Shown here piece by piece: positions 37,247 to 50,150 of a stretch of 60,709 bases of DNA. The stretch's first letter is position 1; every line of letters starts with the position of its first letter. This stretch comes from Octopus bimaculoides (Eukaryota): positions 44,228,209-44,288,917 of the forward strand of contig NC_068983.1 of assembly GCF_001194135.2 (NCBI RefSeq), written 5' to 3'. A model generated the notes under the pieces. It did not search any database. It was not told where the DNA came from and saw only the letters and a program-made list of their open reading frames with translations. The position numbers and the translations under genes are program-made.

Positions 37247-38220
37247 CCTTTACTAGGCCATGTGCTTTCACATATATGCACACATGTGTACGCATGTGTA
37301 CACATGACACACAGTTTTTGGTTTCCATCTACCACATTGTCTGACAAGATATTAGGTGGCTCAGAACCATAGAAGACATTTTCCTAAGGTGCCATGTTGC
37401 GAGACTGAACCCGAATTCATGAGGTTAGGAGGCAAACTTCTTAAGCACACAGCCACCCCTGCATCTATCTGCTTAAAATATAAGGAAAATAAATTACTTT
37501 GTGTATGAGGGATGACTTTAAAAATGAACTCAACAACATCGAAATAATTCTTTTTAAGTAGTGAAAATGTTAATCACAAACTCTGAAAAACTCTGCAAAT
37601 GTCACTAGAAATGCAAAATAGCCAATTTCTCACACAAACTGTAACATTACAAACAACAACACTGGGAAGAGACTAGATTAGTAAACTATTATTATTATTA
37701 TTATTATTGTTAAGTGTCATTGAAGCCATCTACTAGTTGAGGGGGAAGCTTAAAGTAAATGCCACAAGTATTATGAAAATAATGAACCCCATCACTAGAA
37801 TAATTACACCTGTAAATACTTTTATTTCAGTGTTAGAAATTAGAAACAGAATGACAAAGTTTTAGACAATGTGATTCTGAACAAAGGGTTAACACATGGC
37901 TGTGTGGGCAACTTCACTTTGCAACCGCATGGTTTAGAGTTCAGTTCCACTGCAAAGCACCTTGGGTAAGTGCCTTTCACTATAGACCTGGGTCAAATAC
38001 TGAAACTGTGTGTGTGTGTGTGTGTGTGTGTCCCCTACCACCACACTTGACAACTGGTGTTGTTGATTTATGTCCTGTAACTTAGCGATTCAGTGAAAGG
38101 ACTAACAGAACAAGTACTAGACTTAAAACATACATACTCAAGGGATGAGATTTGCTCGACCATAAAACTAAGAGGATATGAACTGGAACTTTCCATGTGG
38201 GGTGTTGTGACAGCCTAGGG

Positions 38221-38835
38221 CTGTGCCTCTCAACCAGGGTCCATATAACCCTTGGGGATCTATCTAAGATGGGTTTTGTTAAAATTTATGTACAATAATG
38301 AACCACATGGTTCACGGTTCAGTCCCACTGTGTGGCACCTTAGGCAAGTGTCTTCTACTATAGACTCGGGTCGACCAAAGCCTTGTGAGTGGATTTAGTA
38401 GACGGAAACTGAAAGAAGCCCGTCGTATATATGTATATATATTTATATGTGTGTATGTCTGTGTTTGTCCCCCCACAACATAGCTTGACAACCGATGCTG
38501 GTGTGTTTATGTACCCGTAACTTAGCGGTTTGGCAAAAGACACCGATAGAATAAGTACTAGGCTTACAAAGAATAAGTCCCGGGGTCGATTTGCTCGACT
38601 AAGGGCGGTGCTCCATCATGGCCGCAGTCAAATGACTGAAACAAGTAAAAGAGTAAAAGAGTAATAAATTGCCTATACTTTGATACATCAAATATTTTAA
38701 TTTTTTATGCAATTCCTAATAATATTTAATTCTGAAAATCTAAGGCTTTTTGAAACATCAAATGGCCATGAGGGTCCACCAGTATAAAACCGGGATCTAA
38801 GGGACCCATGGGCAAGAAATAGTTGAAAACCACTG
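38221..38835. mobile_element. hAT (MER5/Charlie-like) MITE interrupted by a young family B SINE (38302-38662)
   Basis: Left ctgtgcctctcaacc, right gttgaaaaccactg; flanks gcctaggg/gtctacat resemble NTCTAGAN. Confidence 0.6.
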
Positions 38836-39919
38836 GTCTACATTATCGTAGACATCAGTTAGGAGGTGTCATGAGGCTTTAAATTTTATATACAATTATC
38901 AAAAATGTCAAAAGCCAGCATTCTACAGATGGAAGGGTACAAAGTGGGACATTATGTGGAATGGTACTGAAGACTTTCCTTTCATGTTTCTTTATTTCTT
39001 TTATTTGAGAGAAACAAGGGTCTCTTCAGCATGCCATCATGTCCTCAAGACCCTAAACTTAATGGCTGAATCCAACTTGTTCTCATCATCAACATCATTT
39101 AATGTCTGCATCCCATACAGGCATGGGTCAGATAGTTAGACAGGGGCTGGCAAAACCAGAGAGCTGCACCAGGCTCCAATTGTTTTTTTTTTTTTTGGCA
39201 TGATTTCTATGGTTGGATGCCCCTCCAAATGCCAACCACTTTACAGAGTGTACCGGGTACATTTTATGTGGCACCAGCACAGGTTCTGTGTTACTATTCA
39301 ACCCATGGTCAGCCTGTCAGCCCTTATCCTACACTTAAATACATTGTTGATAACTCAGAATGATCATAAGACTAAAAATGTATACACTTTTAAGTTGGTA
39401 GGGTGTAATCTGAGAGAAAGCTACCTATTTCTTCTAGTAAGTCAAGTAACTATCTATCTATCTATGTCTATATATATATAAACTTCCTTAAGAGCTTGCC
39501 TTATGGTAAGTACAGCAGTTAGTGACCTAATTCAAAACAAATAAATTAGTAAGTCACAGTTGATACAACATAGCTAATAACACCCCTGTCAACGATTCTA
39601 AGACAAGCTTCCTCTTAAAGTGTGATTTGAATTAAAACCTATCAAAATTTCATGTAAATTCATGACCCCCAAAACTAGCTTAATACGGTCAGTTATTTTA
39701 CATGATTCATTATTTTCAAATTTAACTGAAACAAAAACTGTATTTCAGAGATATGCTAATGGAGGGTAATTACATCAGTAAAGAAACACTCTCAACCAAT
39801 GAACTAAGAACGTTATATATATATATATATATATATNNNNNNNNNNNNNNNNNNNNNNNNNNNNTGGCCAGTATAGGCCCAGGCCATGTCTAACTTAACA
39901 GCACCACCTGGTGAAATCT

Positions 39920-40312
39920 TTTAGTCATTTATGGAGCACCATGGCCCACTCTAGTAAAGAGTTATTATTGTTGGAGACATATCCAGATGTAGGAGGTTGG
40001 TCTGGGATTTGAAGAAATTTGTCCTTTGGACTTTTGAATTTTATGGGATCCGTTTCCGTCTTGATGTATTTTGGTATGGTATTAAAGAGAGCTGGACCGG
40101 TTGAGGTAAAGTAATTGTGATGTAATGTTGCTATGTGTACTGAGTTCGATTTTTGTAGTGGGTGGATAGCACGGGGGCCAAGTCTTGGATGGATGGATTT
40201 TAAAATTGATGCCAACATCATTTGTGCGATATTGATGGAATATTTTCCACATAACGCAAATGATGTAGCGCTCCCGGCAGCATTGGAGAGAGTAGAGATT
40301 GAGTTTTTTTAG
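39920..40312 (-). mobile_element. CR1/L2-group LINE ORF2 C-terminus
   Basis: LKKLNLYSLQCCRERYIICVMWKIF (frameshift) ...GPALFNTIPKYI...DKFLQIPDQPPTSGYVSNNNNSLLEW. Confidence 0.85.
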
Positions 40313-40328
40313 TCAACCCCAATATATA

Positions 40329-40455
40329 CAGGGTGTCCACAAGGTCTGGGTACATGGAGTAAATAAAATCATAACATAAACAATTAAATATAAGAAATAA
40401 TAATTTCTTAAAATATGTGTTAATCCCAATGTACCCAGATTTTGTGGACACCCTG
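40329..40455. mobile_element. Tc1/mariner-type MITE, 127 bp
   Basis: TA|CAGGGTGTCCACAAGGTCTGGGTACAT...ATGTACCCAGATTTTGTGGACACCCTG|TA; 27-bp TIR with 2 mismatches. Confidence 0.9.
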
Positions 40456-42445
40456 TATATAATTGAAAAAATTTGGAGTCAAACCTGGAAGTATGTATAA
40501 TACTACTACTAGATAACACAGGGTGAGATCTGACAGTCAACAAGCTTTATACTGTACTCTATTACGTTCTTAACAGAATATATCATAACTATATATGTCA
40601 CACTGCGTCAGTAGTATACAGACAATCAATACTACACAGCAGCAGCACCAGGCTCTGACTGTCTACTTTGGCATGGTCCCTATGTCTGGATGACCTTCCT
40701 AATGCCAACCATTTTACAGAGTGCAATGGGTGTTTTTTGCATTGCACCAACAGCAGTGAGGGCACCAAGCAGCTTGCAAGATGAGACCCCACTGAGCCAG
40801 GGGAGTAGTATTGAGTAACAGAAAAGTGTTTGCATTAGAAGAAAGACATGGCTTTCTCAGATGGAGAAAATAGGAAAGATGATGCGACAGAGAGAGGGCA
40901 GGGGCTGTACACCCAAGTTATAGGGTGGTATGTATAGTGGAGTAGACAAGGAATTTGAGAGAGTGGGTATGTGGGAGAATTCATAATGTTGCTATTATAC
41001 AAAAGTGTTCTATGTCCAAAATGTCGCTTTTTCAGAAAACGAGAAAATAGTTTCACCATCTCCAAAGCAAAACCATTGTATTACACTTGGACAATTTTTT
41101 GATATCTTGGCACCTGAAGCAGCTGGAGATATGATATAGCTTGACCAAAAGACCCTGGTTATTGCAAGCAAAAATGAATATTGAAAAAACAAGCATTTGG
41201 CCAAATTTGGACATACAACAGTTTAACACAATAGCAACGGTAAGAAATTCAAAAGTGTATCTGTAGAAAAAACACAGCAAAAAAGATCTGAGGTTCCAAT
41301 GGCCAAAACCAAGTATATTCGTATTTAGGTTTATGATGAAATACAATATCTTAGTAATATTAAACAAGTAGCAAAGTAAATGGAGTGAACATGTGTCCCC
41401 ATACACTACATGCAAAATAGGTAAGGATTAGAGACAGGAAAGGCTGTAAAGCAATGCCTTAATGATATACACTCACCTAACATGCCAGCAGGGGAAAAAA
41501 AAAAAAATGTAACCTTCTGCTCCACCTCTAGCTTCCACTCCACCTCTAGCGTCCACTCTTTTGAAATGTTATGAATTATCCCACCTACCCACTTTCTCAA
41601 ATCCTTGGTCCACCCCACTATACATCCACCCGATAACTTGAGTCTACAGCCCCTGCCCTCTCTCTGTCACATCATCTTTCCTATCTTCTCCATCTGAGGA
41701 AGCCATGTCTTTCTTCTAAACCAAAACACTTTTCTGTCCCTTATTACTACTTTTCTAGTTTAGGTGGTGGTGGCGGGGACTTGTCTTGCAAGTTGCTTGC
41801 AAAAAGCACCCATTGCACTCTGTGAAGTGGTTGGCATTAGGAAGGTCATCCAGGCATAGAAACCATGTCAAAGTAGACAATTGGAGCCTGGTGCAGCTCT
41901 CCAGCTTGCCAGATCATGTAAAACCATGCAACCCATGCCAACATGGAAAATGGACATTAAATAATGCTGCTCCTGTATGTATGTATGACTCATGCCAGCA
42001 TGGAAGGCAGATGTTAAATGATGATGATTATATATATATATATATATANNNNNNNNNNNNNNNNNNNNNNNNNNNNNNNNNNNNNNNNNNNNNNNNNNNN
42101 NNNNNNNNNNNNNNNNNNNNNNNNNNNNNNNNNNNNNNNNNNNNNNNNNNNNNNNNNNNNNNNNNNNNNNNNNNNNNNNNNNNNNNNNNNNNNNNNNNNN
42201 NNNNNNNNNNNNNNNNNNNNNNNNNNNNNNNNNNNNNNNNNNNNNNNNNNNNNNNNNNNNNNNNNNNNNNNNNNNNNNNNNNNNNNNNNNNNNNNNNNNN
42301 NNNNNNNNNNNNNNNNNNNNNNNNNNNNNNNNNNNNNNNNNNNNNNNNNNNNNNNNNNNNNNNNNNNNNNNNNNNNNNNNNNNNNNNNNNNNNNNNNNNN
42401 NNNNNNNNNNNNNNNNNNNNNNNNNNNNNNNNNNNNNNNNNNNNN

Positions 42446-42483
<38 letters not shown>

Positions 42484-43561
42484 CTTTGGGATCTAGAAAC
42501 AGGAGCAAGATTATTAATATGCTGTAGTAGAGTTTATTCACTGGAAGTTGAGTAATCCTTCAATCTACCTAAGCTCCAATTTGACAAAATCAACGGGTAT
42601 GGGTATACTTGCTTCAAGATCCGGGTACACATAGAATATGTCATTATGATTTGTGAATTTTCATTGGCCAGTTAATTATGTCAAGGGTGCAAGGTTGAGG
42701 TGTGCAGCAGCTTAGGTTATCATATTCTTTATAAAGGAGGCAAGAAATAAGGGCTTCTATAAAGAAATAATCCATTTACTCATCTCTGGTTCAGAATAAG
42801 AGCATTACTTTTGTGATGTGAGAATTGGTAGTCTGGGTAGTAGTTAGGGATGATGATATGTAAAGGACAAATTACTGTTATGTTGGTGTGACAAAGGTTT
42901 TGCTTAAACCCCAGGTCAGCTCAGATTGAACAGGCTTATGTAAAAAGTATTCAAGCCATAACCACATTTTTATGAAATTATATAATCCTATAACTAGTCT
43001 AAATTTTATTGTTATCTCTTCCAAGTGCCACCTGATCACTCCCACCCACTCTTCTATTATATGAGTAGCAATGTAGCCCCTCTACAGCAAGAAACCTGTT
43101 CTTCTCTGGTCCCTTCTCTCATACCTTAACTGCCCCCTTCTTTGCTACAACCCCACTCAGTTGTAAGGGGTCAGTGTTGAAAGTTCATGGTCACTTCACT
43201 GGTGCTGGTACCACAAATAAAAAGAAAAAGTATCCAGTACATTTTGTTAAGTGGGTGGCATAAGGAAAGGCATTCACCCACAGAAACCATACCAAAGTGG
43301 ATATTAGAGAATGATGCAGTCTTCAGACCCATTAGATCCTGTCGAACCATCCAACTCATGCCTGGGTTAAATTCAGATATTAAATGATGATAATGATTCA
43401 AAGTCAGCATCATCATCATCATTTAGCATCCATTGTCCATGCTGGCATAGGTTGGATGGTTTAACTAGGTCTGGTAAGCTCGAAGGCTGCACCAGACTTC
43501 AGTCTGATTTGGCACAGTTTCTATGGCTGCATGCCCTTCCTAATGCCGCCCACTCCAAGAC

Positions 43562-43907
43562 AGACAAAGTGTTAGAATACTAAAGGCCGGATATAGTAAC
43601 CTTTAGACGAGACAAACAAGAGTGCCTAATAATCGATGTAGCAGTGCCAAGAGATCAACATATCATCATGAAAGAAAGAGAAAAGGTTGATAAATATGGA
43701 GACCTGAGAATTGAGATCGCTAAGATGTGGCAGCTACGAGAGTCAAACATAAAGGTTGTCTCTGTTATCACTTGAGCATTGGGTCCAATACCACCCAATC
43801 TGAAGAAACAACTGGAAACTTTAGAAATACCCTACAATCTAGGTGAATTGTAAAAGTCGGCATAACTTGAAACTACATGCATATTGTGAAAAGTACTGCC
43901 TGCCTGA
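43562..43907 (+). mobile_element. R4/Dong-like non-LTR retrotransposon, restriction-like endonuclease fragment
   Basis: RPDIVTFRRDKQECLIIDVAVPRD..KEREKVDKYGDLRIEIAKMW..KVVSVIT*ALG..L*KSA*LETTCIL*KVL; abuts a family C copy (43410-43560). Confidence 0.85.
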
Positions 43908-45856
43908 GGTCCTTGTTGTGACTTGATACAATATCTTCAATCAACAACATCAAGATATTGGATACTGTACAATGTCTTAATAAAAGGAAGCAATACCAAT
44001 GATAAATTAAAAAACACTTACTTTAGTTTTATCCAAAGGATTGGCAAAGTCCAAATCAGGAGCAATGAAAAGATAGCCCCATATTGATGCCCTTCTTGAA
44101 GCCTGTTTAAAAAAAAAAAAAAAAAAAATTAGACAACAAAAATCAAATTTTCAGACTAAATTTACAAAATGTTTACAAATAATGGTCATGAGAACTTTGC
44201 TAGATAAATATTGAAATTTTCTCTTGTCTTTTCTCTTCATAATATGACAATCCGAGATTTCTTCCCTGGAGATATTGACCTCCAGAAAATAAAACTGATC
44301 ATTAAGTTGGAACATAATCTATCCGAAATTGTACTGGCAGATTTTAATTTAGATCACTTAAAACATGACTTGTTTCATAGAACAGGTGGTCCAATGTAGG
44401 TTGGTTTCAAAAGGGTTAAGCACATAATACTCTGACATGCAACATAAAACTATGCATGCACATATACATATGTGCAGTAGATCTGTAAAAAACAAAAAAA
44501 AAAAAACACTACAGGTAATCTTTAGATGGTCTCTTAAAATGGCTAAATGCCAGTGAAACTGCTCCCAAACTAAAATTAGTTTCTATTTTATGAAAAATGA
44601 GGGAGAGGAGTTAGAGCAAGCAATCATGAGAATTTATGTGTGTGTGTGTGTGTGTGAGAGAGATAAGATTAAATTTATTACACTAAATGAAAGCAGAAGT
44701 TTGCCAGAAAAAAGATAGCGAAATAGATCAAGGTCAATACTAATATAGTTAATGATTTCTAAAGAAGTTTAATTATTGCTGAGAGAGATAGACAGAACAA
44801 ACAATGCCTTTTACATAAAAAAAGACAGAGAGATCATAATGACATTTAGAGTTTTATTATTTAATTAGTTGCTAAATAAATAACAGACAAAAAAACAAAG
44901 ACTGAATTAATCCAATGTTATATCTAGCGGCTAATATAATATTAAGTGAGCACTTCCAGTGCATTCATCCATTTTGAAGGCAGCAGAATGGAATAAGGAA
45001 ACTTGGCTGCTGTTTCTAGCAAGCCATTTGACAACAGAGACTCCTTTGTTCTGGCTACTGAATTAATTAGCACCAGTGTCTGTTAACTAGTGTTTTGTAT
45101 AATACAAGACACTTCAGATGTGAGAGGACTTGTCAAGACTAATCAGAGATAATTATGCATGCAGTCATTATCATTTTGATGTTCACTTTTTCAAGCTGGC
45201 AAGAGTTGGATAGAGTTTATCGAGACAGATTTTCTACAACCAGATGCCCTTCCTGTAATCAAGCCTCACCTATTTCCCAGCAAGGAAATATTTCTTCCAT
45301 GGCCAGACATGCTTTCACAGAATATTGGAAATGAATGACACTGCTTATATGACAGTGACACTCGTTTACAACTATCACAATGTCAAGACAAGGAAATATG
45401 AAGACCCACAAAGAGCTTCATTCGGTTTCTGTTTACCAAATCCTCTTAATCCAAACAAGTGGAGGAATGGAAGAAATGAAGGTGAAACTGCACAGAGAAT
45501 ATATTAGAATTAATTAGAATTTAACTATATTTTAAAATATAGGAATACACTTGAGCAGTTTCACATTAGAGTTTCACAAGCGTATAATGCATGGAGCTGT
45601 GTCACAAATTATGTTTATTCTGTCTCCAATTCTAATAATAGTTTGTTTATAATCTAGGGATGTGACAGAGCAATGTCTGTAAATAAATAAATTGATTGGT
45701 CAATGTTTGTGTATTCAGCTCATCTGGCAGTCATGGGAGGTCACACACAGAACTGAAACTCAGGAGACAAAATTTCAGTTTCAATAAAAGCCATATCTTC
45801 TACATGTATTGAGCACTTCTCATTTGTTTGATATAAATAATGTACATGGATTGTGA

Positions 45857-46245
45857 AGGCGCATGGCTCAGTGGTTAGAGCATCGAGCTTACGATCGTGA
45901 GGTTGTGAGTTCAAATTCCGGACCGGGCTGTGTGTTGTGTTCTTGAGCAAGNNNNNNNNNNAGTTCAAATTCCGGACCGGGCTGTGTGTTGTGTTCTTGA
46001 GCAAGACACTTTATTTCATGTTGCTCCAGTTCGCTCAGCTGTAGAAATGAGTTGCGACGTTACAGGTGCCAAGTTGCATTGGCCTTTGCCTTTCCCTTGG
46101 ATAACACTGGTGGCGTGGAGAGGGGAGACCGGTATGCATGGGCGACTGCTGATCTCCAATAAAACAACCTTGCCCGGACTTGTGCCTGGGAGGGTGACTT
46201 TCTAGGCGCAATCCCATGGTCAGTCATGACCAAAGGGGGTCTCAG
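45857..46245 (+). mobile_element. SINE family E, tRNA-derived
   Basis: A box TGGCTCAGTGG, B box GAGTTCAAATTCC, CORE-like gttcttgagcaagacact; N-gap duplication artefact. Confidence 0.8.
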
Positions 46246-47789
46246 CACATGGATCAATCAATCGATTGACCAAGACAGGCAGACAGACACAAATACATAT
46301 GGTGGCTTTTGTACAATCTGTCAACCAAATTCCATCACAAGGAATTGGTCAGTGGAGGGCATTAATTTAAAGAATCTGCCCATGATGCAGTTTGGGACTG
46401 AACCAAGAACCATATGGCTTTGAAGTGAACTTGTTAACTACACAGCCATGTCTATTTTAATGAATATTAAATCTCTTCAGTTCAAAAAAACCTAATATAA
46501 AAGAATATAGGACACTGCACCACAAAGTAGAAGAATCTACCTAGGAATGGAACCCCGCATTTATTTGGATATCTGCCTTTGATTCCTTTAGTTGTCACCA
46601 AAATAACATCTTCCAATATCTCATAACACATAACATTCTATAGACTTCCTCAGGTAATGAGAAGACTATTTCAATGGATGAGCTTCCCAAGACACTGTCA
46701 AAACACTGATAAATATAGACATTTAAAAAATAAATAAATTTCATACAAAAAAAAAATAAATAAATAAGCAGCTGAATTTTTTTTTATAGGTTTTAAAATT
46801 GTTTTTTCTTCCTTTCAAAATACAGGAGTTTCAAATCCTCAATAGAAAAAAAAGTGTGCGTGTGTGTGTGCATAGGGGCTTTTTTATCAATGAATTAAAA
46901 AAAAAAGTAAATTCATAATTCCAGATTTGTAAACAGTTGAAATTACTCTAACTCGTTCCTCTCCCACCCTTCATTAATTCTTTTCTCCTGTCTGTTACTA
47001 ACCTCAAAGCCCTCCCCTTTAATGGTTTGTATTCATAAATTGTTTCATCAAATAAACCAGTTTTTAAATAAAAAATATCAGCAAGAAAAGACACACACAC
47101 TACTTGTTTCAGTTTTTAGACTGTGGCCATGCTGGAGCGCCAAGCTAGAGAGGTGAGTCAAATAAATATTTTTTGCTGAGCCATTAAGTTATAGGGCTGT
47201 AAACAAACCAAGCCTGGTTGTTAAGTAGTGGTTGGGAACAAACAAGAATGCACACACATCTTATCTTTCACTTGTTTCAGTCATTAGATTGGGGTCATGC
47301 TGGAGCACTGCCTTGAGGAATAATAGTTGAACAAAACCCCAGAGCTTATTTCAAGCCTGGTACTTATTCTATCAATGCTGAAAGGATTCTATCAGTCTCT
47401 TCTGTTGAACTGCAAAGCAATGGGGAGAGAAACACACCAACTGTTTCGTCTAGTGGTGATGGTCAGGGTAAACAGACACATACGTACATATGACTGTCTT
47501 CTTTCAGTTCCCGTCTATTGAATCCATTTACAAGGCTTCGGTTGGCCCAGAGATACAGTAGAAAACTCCTGTCCAAAGTGCCATGCAGTGAGACCAAATC
47601 TGGAACCGTGTGGTTGGGAAGCAAACTTCTTAACACGGCCACGCCTGTACCTATAATCCTGTTGTGGATTAAGACTTAGGAATGGCAGCTTAAAAGGTTA
47701 AAAAGAAAAGTGTTGGGGTGGAGAACCAAAAATATTTCAAGGAAGATATTAACCCTGGCTTCATTAGAAATACATTTTGTGGTTGGTTT

Positions 47790-48200
47790 CATTGGTTTAG
47801 TCTTCTAATATGGTCAATCTACATTTTATTGGCAATTCATGCCTTGTTATAGAGAGCACAAATGATAAATACAATTCCAAGCTATTCAATTGTTTCCTCT
47901 ATCTAATTTGATGCCCACAACATAATATATTCTTTGAGTTCATTAAAAATCTATCAACCTCTGCCATTGTCAATCAACCCCAACTACACTTATTTACTGA
48001 GCTTCCTTCAAATCATATACATTAGTAATCTGGAACTGCCACTGCATTTACCATTAATCTGCATTACCCATCAATGAGATTTCATATGTATCTTTCAATG
48101 AGAATCAGATAACTTGGGAGTGTTCAAGACATTGAGACGAGGGAGACCCTAACACTTCCCTTCACTGAAAAACACTTTTTACAAACTGTTATTCTCTTCA
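47790..48200 (-). mobile_element. Possible heavily decayed piggyBac (PGBD3-like) transposase remnant
   Basis: Fragments CRLMVNAVAV and TMAEVDRF...IR*RK loosely resemble CRWxDNxVV and MGGVDR..IRxKKW. Confidence 0.25.
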
Positions 48201-49764
48201 TAACATGACACTTCAACCGATCAAGTTTCTATCCTTTTTCAAAATACATCAAAATGGTCTGCTAGAGATAGGGGCAGCATTACATAGAGTATAAACCTGA
48301 TGACTTTTATAGAGAGAAAAGACAAGTACTACAATCATTTATCAGTCTGACCATGAAATCTATTGTGGCTACTAATCTAATCAATTCAGAGCCTGCAAAA
48401 CACACACACACACACACAGGGATGGCTGTGGTAAAAAGTTTGCTTGTTCAGTCCCATTGTATGGGACCTTGGGCAAGAGTCTTCTACTAAAGCCTTGTGA
48501 GTGGATTTGATAGTCGGAAACTGAAAGAAGCCTGTCGTATGTGTGTGTATTTGTTTCCCACCACTGCTTGACAACTTGTGTTGGTGTGTTGATATTCTTT
48601 AACTTATTCCTTCAGTCTCTTCTGCTGAACCACTAAGTACCAGGCTTTAAAAAAAAAAAAATACTGGGGTCGATTCATTTGACACAAAAAACTCCAGGTG
48701 GTGCCCCAGCATGGCCACAGTCCAATGAGTGAAACAAGTGAAAGAATAGATAAAAGATTTACGCATCAAGTTATTGGAGAAAACAGGGAAACAATGAAGC
48801 AGCTTCCAACTTCAGTCTAGAATCGAAAACATTACCGTTCATTAATACAGAATTTCTCGTTTGCTGTTAATATGAGCAATTATATGATTGTAGCCGTGAT
48901 TCTAATTAGCCCTAATCATTCGCTTGTTTCTGTGTGGTGGTGGTGGTGGTAGTAATAGCAGCAGCCTAAGCACAGGCATGATAAATATATCGTTTGCTGT
49001 GTACCATGTATGGTAGTAGCTGTTACAGCCAGAGATAAATCTGCTTGTCAACCACAGATAATTTACCATGTCCTATAAATATGCTTGTAGATCATTTCTA
49101 CATATATACCATCATCATTGTTGTTTCAATGTCCACTTTTCCATGCTTGCTTGGGTCAGACGAAGTTCAATGAAGCAAATTTTCTACAGCCGAATGTCCT
49201 TCCCTTACGCTAGTATTTCTCCATGGCAAGTCGCACTTTTCAAGAAGGAAATAGAAATGAATGACATCCTTGTCTGACAGTGAAATCTATTCACAACGAT
49301 CACATAATGTCAAGACACAGAGGCCCAAGTACACAGACACACTTCTTTCAATTTCAATCGGCTTGCTCACTCACCTTTGTTAGGCAGTCTGACAAAGGCA
49401 AACAAACTAAGTCACTGAAGCTTTTTCCTTCAAAAAGTTTAATCAATAACTTTTACAAGGAAAAGGTTGATAGTGACTTCAAAGTTTCCGCTTGCTTGAC
49501 ATCATCAAATTCTGCTAAAAAGCATTGAGTAATCTTTTAGTTTAACCTTTTGGCACTTCAAATTACTCAGTCAAATGTAATGTTTTCCTATTCACATTGT
49601 TTTGATTTAATCTTGGATTATCTCAAAGCTTCAAAATTTTGATGATGATCATGTGATTGTTTATTTTTAGAATGACACTGCCGGGTAGATATGAAAGGCC
49701 AGATCTGGCTGGTTTGAACATAAAAACAAGTAGAATATTTGAGTTGGTAATGGCCTATTTAACG

Positions 49765-50150
49765 CTCTTTTACTCGTTTCAGTCATTTGACTGCAGCCAT
49801 GCTGGAGCACCACCTTTAGTCAAGCAAATCGACCCCGGGACTTATTCTTTGTAAGCCTAGTATTTATTCTATCAGTCTCTTGCCAAACCATTAAGTTACG
49901 GGGGATGTAAACACACCAGCATCGGTTGTCAAGCGATGGTGGAGAGACAAACAGACACACAAACATACACACATATATATATATATATATATACGACGGG
50001 CTTCTTTCAGTTTCCTTCTACCAAATCCACTCACAAGGCTTTGGTCGACCCGAGACTATAGTAGAAGACACTTGCCTAAGATGCCACGCAGTGGGACTGA
50101 ACCGTAAACCATGTGGTTGGTAAGCAAGCTACTTACCACAGCCACTCCAG
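49765..50150 (-). mobile_element. SINE family B, young
   Basis: Near-consensus and CpG-rich: tcgaccccggg...acgacgggcttctttcag...gccacgcagtggg. Confidence 0.9.

Noticed and set aside
41040-41360. Coding-like spacer between the inverted repeats, possibly a LINE ORF1 relic
   Set aside because: Multiple stops; no motif I can name with confidence.
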